A stretch of 56,055 nt of DNA from Coprococcus sp. (GCA_051877705.1 JBJEJD010000086.1:1-56055); one strand, 5' to 3'. Positions 1 to 9,253 are shown, counted from the stretch's first letter. Program-made: numbers and translations. The notes: a model not told the origin generated them from the sequence alone.

Positions 1-2
1 AG

Positions 3-1076
3 GAACGCATGTGCGTTTCCGAGCAGGTGGCCCGTTACAAAATCGAATGCGGAAAGGAAGTCTATGATCCGGAACGTGAAAGAAATAAAATTGAAAGAGC
101 AAGAAACATGGCAACAACACCGTTCAATGCCAGAGGTGTAGAGACATTGTTTAATCAGCTGATGGCCATCAGCAGAGTCCGCCAGTATGAACTGGTGGCA
201 GAAAATCGCAGGGAAGATTTTGGATTTGAGGAAATAACAAAGAATAATGAAGGTGCACGGGTTGTATTCCAGGGAGTGGAAGGGGCCTATGGACATCAGG
301 CAACCCTTGGCTATTTTGGAGATCAGGTGGATTGTTATCATGTGGCGACTTTCGAAGATGTGATGAAGGAGGTTCAGGATGGGCATGCTGATTATGGTGT
401 GCTTCCAGTGGAAAATACATCGACGGGTATTATCACCGATGTCTATGATCTGATGCATTTATATGATAATTATATTGTGGGCGAATATGTAGTAAAAGTG
501 GAGCATGCACTTCTGGGGCTTCGTGGTGCTGATATCCGTCAGATCCGCACGGTTTATTCCCATCCTCAGGGACTGATGCAGTGCAGCCGTTTTCTGGACA
601 CGAAACCGGAATGGGAACAGGTGAGCCTTCAGAATACTGCAGTCAGTGCCAGGAAAGTGCTGCTGGAGCAGGATGTGACACAGGCAGCCATTGCCAGTCC
701 TGGAGCGGCAGCTTATTATCAATTGACCGTTCTGAAGGATCATATCAGTGATAATGAAAATAATTCTACGAGATTTATTATTATCCGGAACAAGAAGGAA
801 TATGTAAAAGGAGCCGATGGAATCAGTATATCCTTTGAACTGACCAATGCCCATGAAACAGGAAGTTTATATCATATTCTTGGATTTATTATTTTTAACA
901 GTCTGAATATGACAAAGATTGAGTCACGTCCGATTCAGGGTGAAAAATGGCGTTACAGGTTTTTCATTGACCTTGATGGCAATCTGGGTGAGGCTCATGT
1001 CAGAGATGCGCTAAAAGGCATTGAGCAGGAAACAATTAATTTTAAGATACTCGGCAATTATATTCAGGTTGAATAA
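3..1076 (+). CDS. pheA: Bifunctional chorismate mutase/prephenate dehydratase (5' truncated by the window edge)
   Basis: CM-like N-terminus (ERM...VYDPERE), PDT motifs FQGVEGAY, LPVENTS, YSHPQGLMQC and N.TRF, and C-terminal ACT domain (NMTKIESRP). The frame is open to the window start. Confidence 0.93.
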   Translation, partial: ERMCVSEQVARYKIECGKEVYDPERERNKIERARNMATTPFNARGVETLFNQLMAISRVRQYELVAENRREDFGFEEITKNNEGARVVFQGVEGAYGHQATLGYFGDQVDCYHVATFEDVMKEVQDGHADYGVLPVENTSTGIITDVYDLMHLYDNYIVGEYVVKVEHALLGLRGADIRQIRTVYSHPQGLMQCSRFLDTKPEWEQVSLQNTAVSARKVLLEQDVTQAAIASPGAAAYYQLTVLKDHISDNENNSTRFIIIRNKKEYVKGADGISISFELTNAHETGSLYHILGFIIFNSLNMTKIESRPIQGEKWRYRFFIDLDGNLGEAHVRDALKGIEQETINFKILGNYIQVE

Positions 1077-1079
1077 GGG

Positions 1080-2624
1080 GTGAGCATTATGGCTTACAAA
1101 ACATTTGCTGCTATTAATGTCGGATCCGGCGAGGTCAGTATGAAGATCTATGAAATCTCCAAAAAGGGTGGTATCCGGGAGATAGATTATGTCCGTTATT
1201 ATATTGAACTGGGCAGTGATACATATATAAAGGGCTATATTGAATATGACCTGGTCCGGGAACTCTGTGATGTGCTGGCGAACTTTGCTTTCAAGATGCA
1301 GGAATACAAAGTGGCCGGATATCTGGCCTATGGCAGCAGTGCTTTACGTGAAGCAAGTAATTGTGATCTGATTATTGATCAGATTAAAGTACGTACCGGA
1401 CTTGAGGTAAAGACCATAGACAATGCGCAGCAGCGTTTCCTGTTGTTGAAATCTGTAGCCAATGGTATGAAGAATTTTGAGAAACTGATACGGGAGGGAG
1501 CAGCGGTCATTGATATGGGCGCCGGCAGTCTGCAGATTACTGTATATGACAGTGGAAAGCTTATTTATACACAGAATCTGAAGCTGGGATCACTGCGTAT
1601 CAGAGAGATTCTGGCTGATCTGGAAGGACAGTCCACTAATTTTGTAACGGTTATGGATGATTATATCGGCAATTATATTGACACTTTTTCAAGGCTGTTC
1701 ATGCATGATCACAGGGTGCGGCATATTATTGCTGTCGGTGAGGAAATGGATTCTGTCATGAAGATTATGGGAAGCAGCGGCGATAAAGATTATGTGAAAC
1801 GGCAGAAATTTGAGGAAGTTTATGAAAATATTCTGGCTTCCGGGGTGGAAGAACTGTCCGTAAAATATAGTATTCCTTATGAACTGGCAACGCTGCTGAA
1901 ACCGGCAATTATTGTATACAGGAAGATTATAGATGTGTCCGGTGCAGAGAAAATATGGGCGGCAGGCTGTGATCTTTGTGATGGTATTGCTGTGGAATAT
2001 GGCGAAAAAGAGGAAAAGATCGAGCCGGCGCATTATTTTGCAGAGGATATTGTTTCCTATGCCAGAGCTGTTGCTGAAAGATATGATTCCAATGTGGATC
2101 ATACAGGTAATGTGGAGAAACTGGCATTGGATGTTTTTGACGGCATCAGGAAAGAGGCGGGCCTTGGACACAGGGACAGAATGCTGCTGCAGTTGGCCTG
2201 TATTCTCCATGATTGCGGCAAGTATGTTAATATGCTGGGTGGTACGGACTATAGCTGCAGTATTGTGATGGCAACGGAATTCGTGGGTCTGTCTGAGCAG
2301 GAGAAAGGTATTATTGCAGATACGATCAAATACAATTCATGGTCTTCGGTGCCTAAAATCACAGAGCTTGTGATCCCTCTTGACAGAAAGAATTATATTC
2401 GTATGCTGAAGCTGACAGCTATCCTGCGTATCGCCAACGGAATGGATAGAAGCCACAAGCAGAAAATCAAAAAAATCAGTGCTGCGTTTAAGGGAAAAGA
2501 ACTGATAATCAGAGCAGATACGATTTATGATATTACTCTGGAACAGAGCACAATGGAGCTTAAGAGTCATTTCTTTGAAGAAATATACGGATTCAGACCT
2601 GCACTCAGGCAGAAAAGGAGGTAG
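1080..2624 (+). CDS. ppx: Ppx/GppA family exopolyphosphatase-like protein with C-terminal HD domain
   Basis: ASKHA-type motifs (AAINVGS, SSALREASN, DMGAGS), LHDCGK HD motif, directly upstream of ppk1. The start could be ATG at 1089. Confidence 0.85.
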   Translation: MSIMAYKTFAAINVGSGEVSMKIYEISKKGGIREIDYVRYYIELGSDTYIKGYIEYDLVRELCDVLANFAFKMQEYKVAGYLAYGSSALREASNCDLIIDQIKVRTGLEVKTIDNAQQRFLLLKSVANGMKNFEKLIREGAAVIDMGAGSLQITVYDSGKLIYTQNLKLGSLRIREILADLEGQSTNFVTVMDDYIGNYIDTFSRLFMHDHRVRHIIAVGEEMDSVMKIMGSSGDKDYVKRQKFEEVYENILASGVEELSVKYSIPYELATLLKPAIIVYRKIIDVSGAEKIWAAGCDLCDGIAVEYGEKEEKIEPAHYFAEDIVSYARAVAERYDSNVDHTGNVEKLALDVFDGIRKEAGLGHRDRMLLQLACILHDCGKYVNMLGGTDYSCSIVMATEFVGLSEQEKGIIADTIKYNSWSSVPKITELVIPLDRKNYIRMLKLTAILRIANGMDRSHKQKIKKISAAFKGKELIIRADTIYDITLEQSTMELKSHFFEEIYGFRPALRQKRR

Positions 2625-2630
2625 TGGAAA

Positions 2631-4760
2631 ATGAGCAGTCAATTCAATCAGCCGGAGAACTTCAGAAATCGTGAGCTGAGCTGGCTGGAGTTCGATTACA
2701 GAGTATTAAGCGAAGCCAGGGACAAAAGCCTGCCCCTTTTTGAAAGATTAAAATTTTTAAGTATTACTTCGTCAAACCTGGATGAGTTTTTCATGATTCG
2801 AGTAGCTTCTCTGAAAGATATGGTTCATGCAGGTTATACCAAGCCTGATATTGCTGGAATGAAGCCTCAGGAACAGCTGGAACGTATCAGTGAGAAGACA
2901 CACGAACTGGTGGGCATTCAGTACAGTACCTATAATCGTTCATTTCTGCCGGCATTAAAACAGAATCATATGGTCATCATAGATCAGTATGAAGACCTGT
3001 CTCCGAAACAGGCAAAATTTGTGGATGACTATTTTATGAGGGATGTATATCCGGTGCTGACACCGATGGCTGTGGATTCTTCCAGGCCGTTTCCGCTGAT
3101 TCGTAATAAAACATTAAATATAGGTGCATTGATCAGAGATGAGAAGCAGGAGGGAGAATTTGATTTTGCCACTGTGCAGGTACCAAATGTGCTTCCGAGA
3201 CTTGTCATGATTCCTTCCGATGATGAGGAGGATACAACGCTGATTCTTCTTGAACAGATTATTGAGAAGAATATTCAGAAACTCTTCCTGAATTATGAGG
3301 TTATCTGTGCACATCCGTATCGTATTATGAGAAATGCTGATTTGTCCATTGATGAGGATGATGCGGCAGACTTGTTGAAGGAGATACAAAAGCAGCTGAA
3401 AATGCGCCAGTGGGGCGAGGTGATCCGTCTTGAGGTGGAGGAGAGTATGGATAAGCGGCTGCTGAAGATTCTCAGAAAAGAACTGGATGTACCGGAGGAA
3501 GCCATCTATCGTATCGGAGGGCCTCTTGATCTGACTTTTCTCATGAAGGTCAGCGGTTTCGAGGGATTTGATCATCTCCGCTATGAAAAATACAAACCGC
3601 AGCCTGTTAAGGGTATGAATATGGAAGAAGATATTTTCACTCAGATCAGACGGAAGGATATCCTTTTACATCACCCATATCAGACCTTTGATCCCGTTAT
3701 TGAGTTTGTAAGGCAGGCATCAAAAGATCCTGATGTCCTGGCTATTAAACAGACACTCTACCGTGTCAGCGGTAATTCACCGATTATCGCCTCTCTGGCG
3801 GCTGCAGCGGAGAATGGCAAACAGGTGACGGTCCTGGTGGAGCTGAAAGCCCGTTTTGACGAAGAAAATAATATTATTTGGGCAAAGATGCTTGAAAAGG
3901 CGGGATGTCATGTAATTTACGGTCTGAGAGGTTTAAAGACACACAGTAAGATTACGCTGGTCGTGAGAAGAGATGAGGATGGAATCCGCCGCTATGTACA
4001 CCTTGGAACGGGCAATTATAATGATCAGACGGCAAAACTCTACACAGATATGGGCCTTCTGACCTGTTCACGACCAATTGGTGAGGACGCTACAGCTGTC
4101 TTTAATATGCTTTCAGGGTATTCGGAGCCTCCTCACTGGAATAAACTGGTAGTGGCACCAATATGGCTCAGAGATAAATTCCTGAAACTCATTGAGCGGG
4201 AGACAATGCATGCCAGAGCAGGTAAAACAGCCAGAATCGTAGCTAAAATGAATTCGCTTTGCGATGCCAGAATCATTGAGGCTTTATATGAAGCCTCCTG
4301 TGCCGGTGTTCAGATCGACCTGATCATCCGTGGTATCTGCTGTTTGAAGGCAGGCATACCGGGTCTTAGTGAAAACATACATGTTCGTTCCATCGTAGGT
4401 AATTTCCTTGAACATAGCAGAATCTTCTATTGTTATAATGACGGGTGGGAAGATATCTATATGGGAAGTGCGGACTGGATGCCAAGAAATCTTGATAAAC
4501 GTGTGGAAATCATGTTCCCGGTGGAAGATGAGGAATGCAAAAAAGAGGTCAAACATATCCTCAGTGCACAGCTGGCAGATAATGTCAAAGCCCATATCCT
4601 CCAGCCCGATGGCAGTTACACAAAAATAGACAAAAGAGGTAAAGTCCTCCTCAATTCCCAGGAATACTTCTGCCAGAAAGCCATCAGCGAAGCAAAAAGC
4701 CCGGAAGAAGAACATCAGGAAGTACGCCGCGTCTTCGAACCACTCTATCATGTAGAATAA
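2631..4760 (+). CDS. ppk1: Polyphosphate kinase 1
   Basis: NRELSWLEF, SSNLDEFFMIRVA, AIKQTLYR, ELKARFDEENNI, KTHSK, FLEHSRI, GSADWMPRNL. Confidence 0.97.
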   Translation: MSSQFNQPENFRNRELSWLEFDYRVLSEARDKSLPLFERLKFLSITSSNLDEFFMIRVASLKDMVHAGYTKPDIAGMKPQEQLERISEKTHELVGIQYSTYNRSFLPALKQNHMVIIDQYEDLSPKQAKFVDDYFMRDVYPVLTPMAVDSSRPFPLIRNKTLNIGALIRDEKQEGEFDFATVQVPNVLPRLVMIPSDDEEDTTLILLEQIIEKNIQKLFLNYEVICAHPYRIMRNADLSIDEDDAADLLKEIQKQLKMRQWGEVIRLEVEESMDKRLLKILRKELDVPEEAIYRIGGPLDLTFLMKVSGFEGFDHLRYEKYKPQPVKGMNMEEDIFTQIRRKDILLHHPYQTFDPVIEFVRQASKDPDVLAIKQTLYRVSGNSPIIASLAAAAENGKQVTVLVELKARFDEENNIIWAKMLEKAGCHVIYGLRGLKTHSKITLVVRRDEDGIRRYVHLGTGNYNDQTAKLYTDMGLLTCSRPIGEDATAVFNMLSGYSEPPHWNKLVVAPIWLRDKFLKLIERETMHARAGKTARIVAKMNSLCDARIIEALYEASCAGVQIDLIIRGICCLKAGIPGLSENIHVRSIVGNFLEHSRIFYCYNDGWEDIYMGSADWMPRNLDKRVEIMFPVEDEECKKEVKHILSAQLADNVKAHILQPDGSYTKIDKRGKVLLNSQEYFCQKAISEAKSPEEEHQEVRRVFEPLYHVE

Positions 4761-4825
4761 CTGCCGCCGAAATGCAGGGGGTAAAAATAACAACTTCCCA
4801 TAAACGATTTGTATTCGGTATAAAA

Positions 4826-4925
4826 GCTGCTGAAGGGCAGTAAATAGATAAGAAGTCCCCATAAACGATTTGCGATGAGCATGTTTAGGGGGACTTCTTA
4901 TCTATGATATACTGCCTGAAGCAGC
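4826..4925. repeat. Long imperfect inverted repeat between convergent genes (probable bidirectional terminator; copy A of a dispersed hairpin element)
   Basis: Perfect 17-bp arms atagataagaagtcccc (4844-4860) / ggggacttcttatctat (4889-4905), plus outer arms ggcagta/tactgcc and gctgc/gcagc. Confidence 0.8.
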
Positions 4926-4932
4926 GTAAGGT

Positions 4933-6408
4933 TTATTCGCTGACAGACAGCATTCTTTCGATGAGTGTGCCGTATTTTTCGTTGAATCTGAGGATATCAT
5001 CCTTTTCATAAACGTTGCACAGCGGTGAGGTCTGAATTCCCTCAAAATACTGACTGATATCCTGGATGAGAATATTGTTCTGAACCGTATAAAAAGCAGG
5101 ATGATGGGGGCTTTTGTATTGTCCGGTGTTCTTGAGAAAAAGCTTCTTCTTATTATTATAAACTGACATCCGGAAAAGATCGGCTGAGTTTGGAACAAAT
5201 TCATCATCGATAATATAAAATCGTATGTTTGGATTTTTCTGGATCAGTTCGAGAACATGTTTTAAATGGTTTTTGCGTTCATCTTTTGACATGTGGTAAA
5301 TGATATCTGTAAAATGGATATTGCCATCTGTTATATATTGCATAAGGCGTGATTTAAGCAGATAGAAATCTATACAGCCTTTTTCGAAAATCTCCTCCCA
5401 GGTAATGCCCAGATGCGTAATCAGATGTACCATATTTTCGTTAAAACCCTGATTTCTGGCGGATTGAATCAATCTTGGGTTCAATTCGGGAGGAAGCAGA
5501 AATTCAAAGCCATGAGTCAGCATTATCTGAAAATTGTTATGAGCGTAAAATTCAGTTCTGTAGCCATTATAGAAAAGTTCTTCTGAATTGGCGGAGTGGA
5601 TCAGAAGGTTGTTAGGGGTGAATTCTGAGGCAATCTTCTGATATATTTCATTAACCTGATTGATATCCGTTATAATGGAAACCATACTGATGTGATGGTC
5701 TTTGTCCAGAGAACATTGAATGGCCATACAATCCCTGATGACAAGCATATTCATCAGGTTCATAAGATGATTATCATAAAAGTCAAAATTGATATAATGG
5801 TAATGATTGATCAGATGGTATAAATGAAAGATATAGCGCAGCTGTTCATCGCGCTGGTCAAGATTCATGCCTATTTGCACATGGATCGGATTTTCCGGTA
5901 TATCTGTACATGGATGTTCGAGGAGCAGATCAGGAAGAAAACTGCAAATATCCATCGTGCAGAGGATGTGGCAGCTCCCGCCGATATGTCTGACCAGATG
6001 AGGAAGTTCTGTTTTAAAAAAAGCTTTAATATCAGGTTCCCACAGCAACAGACGGTATTGTGTTGAGGTAACGGTACGTGTGTTATCTGGAGTGTTGTCG
6101 TAGGATTCTTTATAAGCTTCTTTTAATATATGAAAAATGAACGCTGCCAGCTGTTCTTTATCTTTGGGTTCTTCTATTTTAAAGTCTCGGGCAAAAAGTG
6201 CTTCTTCTCCCTGGGCAAAGACTTCTTCTGCGAAGACATCAGCAAGACATTTGTTGACAGAGGAGGAGGCTTTGGCTGCAGGAAGTTTGTCTTTGTTACA
6301 CCATTTACTGATATAGGAAGTATCATATCCTACAATTTCAGCCAGATTGGTCAATTTGATATTGGTAAAACGAATCAGTTTTTTTAACAAAAAGCCATAG
6401 GTATTCAT
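4933..6408 (-). CDS. Hypothetical 491-aa protein with N-terminal XRE-like HTH (putative regulator)
   Basis: N-terminus LTNLAEIVGYDTSYISKW resembles a Cro/C1-type HTH; GGGGGA SD upstream; remainder not recognised. Confidence 0.7.
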   Translation of the reverse strand: MNTYGFLLKKLIRFTNIKLTNLAEIVGYDTSYISKWCNKDKLPAAKASSSVNKCLADVFAEEVFAQGEEALFARDFKIEEPKDKEQLAAFIFHILKEAYKESYDNTPDNTRTVTSTQYRLLLWEPDIKAFFKTELPHLVRHIGGSCHILCTMDICSFLPDLLLEHPCTDIPENPIHVQIGMNLDQRDEQLRYIFHLYHLINHYHYINFDFYDNHLMNLMNMLVIRDCMAIQCSLDKDHHISMVSIITDINQVNEIYQKIASEFTPNNLLIHSANSEELFYNGYRTEFYAHNNFQIMLTHGFEFLLPPELNPRLIQSARNQGFNENMVHLITHLGITWEEIFEKGCIDFYLLKSRLMQYITDGNIHFTDIIYHMSKDERKNHLKHVLELIQKNPNIRFYIIDDEFVPNSADLFRMSVYNNKKKLFLKNTGQYKSPHHPAFYTVQNNILIQDISQYFEGIQTSPLCNVYEKDDILRFNEKYGTLIERMLSVSE

Positions 6409-6441
6409 TGAGTTCCCCCCTTATGATATCTTTCATTAATA

Positions 6442-6470
6442 AGTATAGCATTTGATATTTGACTTGACAA
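6442..6470 (-). promoter_or_regulatory. SigA-type promoter of the HTH gene
   Basis: Minus strand TTGTCA-17 bp-TATACT with extended -10 TG. Confidence 0.6.
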
Positions 6471-6807
6471 TAAAATTGAATAAAGTTGATTCAATTTTGA
6501 CTGTGAGTGACAAAAAAAGATGAAAGATATATCTAGTTGATTTCATTTTATATTGGAGATAAATTGGTTAAAATAACACAGTAATTTGGCAAAGAAATAG
6601 TTTGTTGGATTATGGCACAATAATGTGCGTCATACGGTCAAATAGAACGGAAACCGTATGGGGATTGAAACCGAATTTACCAGCGGAGAAGATTCCAAAG
6701 ATTGAATATAATTAGGAATGTGCGAGAAGCTTCTTCCTCCTTAACCCTACCACTTACAATGGATGAAGATAAAGTATCTTATAGGATTCTGATAATATTC
6801 ACAGAAG

Positions 6808-6859
6808 AAACATTTTGTTATTCTGCTTTATGGGCGCAGATTAATAAAGTGTTTTTTTT
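6808..6859 (+). terminator. Intrinsic terminator with no recognised + strand gene upstream
   Basis: 19-bp stem aaacattttgttattctgc / gcagattaataaagtgttt (2 G-U pairs, 1 mismatch) followed by a T run. Confidence 0.65.
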
Positions 6860-6943
6860 GTGTGTTTTTGATTATGGGAATTAAATTTTGCTAAAACATA
6901 TAAAAAGAAAAAATGAAAGATAATAAAGAAAACAGGCAGGCTG

Positions 6944-6971
6944 TTGACTTCCATCTTTGATGAATTATAAT
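6944..6971 (+). promoter_or_regulatory. SigA-type promoter of citrate synthase
   Basis: TTGACT-16 bp-TATAAT about 50 nt upstream of the ATG. Confidence 0.55.
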
Positions 6972-7020
6972 TATAAGAATATTATGTAAAACAATATTAA
7001 ATCTGGAAGGAGAGAAGCCT

Positions 7021-8442
7021 ATGAGTGATATGAAGCATTTGCTTTTTGATTTTCTGGATGAACATGCTGCATTATATAAGGAAAAAGATGCCATTGATCC
7101 GGAATTATATGATGAATACAATGTTAAGCGTGGCTTAAGAGATAAAAATGGTAATGGAGTTGTTGCGGGATTAACTACAATTTCTACGATAGAAGCATTT
7201 AATGTGGCAGACGGTAAGAAAGTGCCCTGTGATGGAAGGCTGTTTTACAGAGGATATGATGTCAGGGAACTGGTACTGGGAGCTGTCAGGGAGAAGAGAT
7301 TTGGCTTTGAAGAAGTGGCTTATCTGCTGCTTTTCGGATCCTTGCCGGAGAAACAGGAACTTCGGAATTTTAAGGAGATACTTGGTGGTATGAGAACTTT
7401 GCCAACAAATTTTGTGAGGGATGTTATCATGAAGGCTCCGAGCAAGGATATAATGAATTCATTGATGAAGAGTGTGCTGACACTGGCTTCCTATGACAGC
7501 CGCGTCAATGATCTGAGCTATTCGAATGTACTGAGACAATGTATGATGCTTATTAGTGAATTACCCATGATGGCTGTATATGGATATCATGCATACAATC
7601 ACTATGAAAGAGAAGAGAGTATGTATATCCACAGGCCTTCACCTGAATTGTCGACGGCGGAAAATATACTGATGATGCTTCGGCCGGATAAAAAATATAC
7701 GCAGCTGGAAGCAAGGGTGCTGGATGTGGCGTTAATACTGCATATGGAGCATGGCGGCGGTAATAACTCCAGTTTTACTACGCATGTGGTTACTTCCTCA
7801 GGATCAGATACGTATTCTGTTGTGGCAGCGGCTTTGGCTTCTCTTAAGGGACCAAAACATGGCGGTGCCAATATTAAGGTCATGGAGATGATGGATGACC
7901 TGAAGAAGAATGTTACGGATGTTACAGATGAAGATTCAGTCAGAGACTATCTGGATAAATTGGTCGATAAAAAAGCGTTTGATAAAAAAGGGCTTATTTA
8001 TGGCATGGGACATGCTGTGTATTCTTTGTCAGATCCAAGGGCCATGGTTTTCAAACATTTTGTGCAGAGTCTGGCAGAGGAGAAGGGACGCATGGATGAC
8101 TTTAAGCTCTATGCCATGATTGAACAGCTGGCACCGGAGGTCATTGCCCGGAAACGTAAAATTTATAAAGGTGTCAGTGCCAATGTGGACTTTTACAGTG
8201 GCTTTGTTTACAGTATGTTGGATATTCCTTTAGAACTGTATACACCGATTTTTGCAATGGCAAGGATCGTGGGATGGAGCGCCCATCGTATGGAAGAACT
8301 GGTGAATGTGGATAAGATCATTCGTCCTGCTTATAAAAGTGTCGCAGAAAAGAAGGTGTATCAGACACTTGAACAGAGAAGCAGTCACGAAATATGTGGC
8401 GGTAATCATCGAAGAATTGAGAAAAAGAAGGATTGTATTTAA
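7021..8442 (+). CDS. gltA: Citrate synthase (Si-type, citrate/2-methylcitrate synthase family)
   Basis: LFYRGY, LHMEHGGGNNSSF, GPKHGGAN, GMGHAVY, ANVDFYSG, ARIVGWSAH. Confidence 0.93.
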   Translation: MSDMKHLLFDFLDEHAALYKEKDAIDPELYDEYNVKRGLRDKNGNGVVAGLTTISTIEAFNVADGKKVPCDGRLFYRGYDVRELVLGAVREKRFGFEEVAYLLLFGSLPEKQELRNFKEILGGMRTLPTNFVRDVIMKAPSKDIMNSLMKSVLTLASYDSRVNDLSYSNVLRQCMMLISELPMMAVYGYHAYNHYEREESMYIHRPSPELSTAENILMMLRPDKKYTQLEARVLDVALILHMEHGGGNNSSFTTHVVTSSGSDTYSVVAAALASLKGPKHGGANIKVMEMMDDLKKNVTDVTDEDSVRDYLDKLVDKKAFDKKGLIYGMGHAVYSLSDPRAMVFKHFVQSLAEEKGRMDDFKLYAMIEQLAPEVIARKRKIYKGVSANVDFYSGFVYSMLDIPLELYTPIFAMARIVGWSAHRMEELVNVDKIIRPAYKSVAEKKVYQTLEQRSSHEICGGNHRRIEKKKDCI

Positions 8443-8547
8443 TTTTATACAAATTTTTTCTGAAAAGTTAAATGTAACAAAAAAAGGGTCCTTATTTTTA
8501 TAAACTCAACTATTTTAATAAGAAGAAACTGAAAAAATTATATGTTA

Positions 8548-8587
8548 AAAAAATGTCAGAATAAAATAGTATATTCTGGCATTTTTT
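8548..8587 (+). terminator. Probable terminator after citrate synthase
   Basis: aaaaaatgtcagaata / tattctggcatttttt inverted repeat. Confidence 0.55.
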
Positions 8588-8659
8588 GTTAATAGAGAAA
8601 AATTATCGCCGTGTTTCAAGGGTTAAATTTTGTAGAGTGAATAAAAACAAAGAAGTATA

Positions 8660-8677
8660 TTGTTAAGTATATAACAA
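8660..8677. promoter_or_regulatory. Rex-like operator upstream of the Mrp-like operon
   Basis: TTGTTAA-gtat-ATAACAA, one mismatch from the clostridial Rex palindrome TTGTTAA-N4-TTAACAA. Confidence 0.55.
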
Positions 8678-8730
8678 AAAAGAGGTAAATAATAGGAAAT
8701 GCAAATATGTTTTGTGAAATTTAATCTATA

Positions 8731-8760
8731 TAGACAATAAATTAATGTATATGTTATAAT
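8731..8760 (+). promoter_or_regulatory. SigA-type promoter of the Mrp-like operon
   Basis: TAGACA-18 bp-TATAAT with extended -10 TG. Confidence 0.6.
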
Positions 8761-8787
8761 TATTGCATAAAAAAGTACGGGAAGAGG

Positions 8788-9252
8788 TTGCCTATGTTTG
8801 TATTATTCTTTTTATTCTGGGTCATGTTGAATGGGCGCATCACAGTGGAAATTGCTGTGTTCGGTGTGGTCATTGCTGCAGCCATGTATGCTTTTGTATG
8901 CAGATTTATGGATTACAGCTTCAAAAAAGATATGATGATCCTCCGCAAGTTGCCGCTGATCATTGCCTATTGTTTTATTCTTGTCAATGAAATCATTAAG
9001 GCCAATCTGGTTATGATTCAGTACATTATGTCTCCGAGAATCATGCCTGAGCCGGCGTTGGTGCGTTTTCATGTGGATCTGAAAACTCATACGGCACAGG
9101 TGCTTTTGGCCAATTCCATTACATTGACGCCGGGAACCATCACAGTGGAGATGAAGAACGGAGATTATTGTGTGCATTGTTTTGACAAGACAATGGGAGA
9201 CGGTATAGAATCGTCCATATTTGTAACGATGCTGAAGAAATTGGAGGCTTGA
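8788..9252 (+). CDS. mrpE: Multisubunit Na+/H+ antiporter subunit E
   Basis: LLANSITLTPGTITV signature; hydrophobic N-terminus. Confidence 0.9.
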   Translation: MPMFVLFFLFWVMLNGRITVEIAVFGVVIAAAMYAFVCRFMDYSFKKDMMILRKLPLIIAYCFILVNEIIKANLVMIQYIMSPRIMPEPALVRFHVDLKTHTAQVLLANSITLTPGTITVEMKNGDYCVHCFDKTMGDGIESSIFVTMLKKLEA

Positions 9253-9253
9253 T

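Noticed and set aside
6702-6884. 60-aa ORF from the ORF track
   Set aside because: Non-ATG start, no clear SD, and it runs through a strong terminator
8380-8442. Apparent extra C-terminal tail on citrate synthase (SSHEICGGNHRRIEKKKDCI)
   Set aside because: Probably neutral stop-codon drift; cannot be assessed without orthologues
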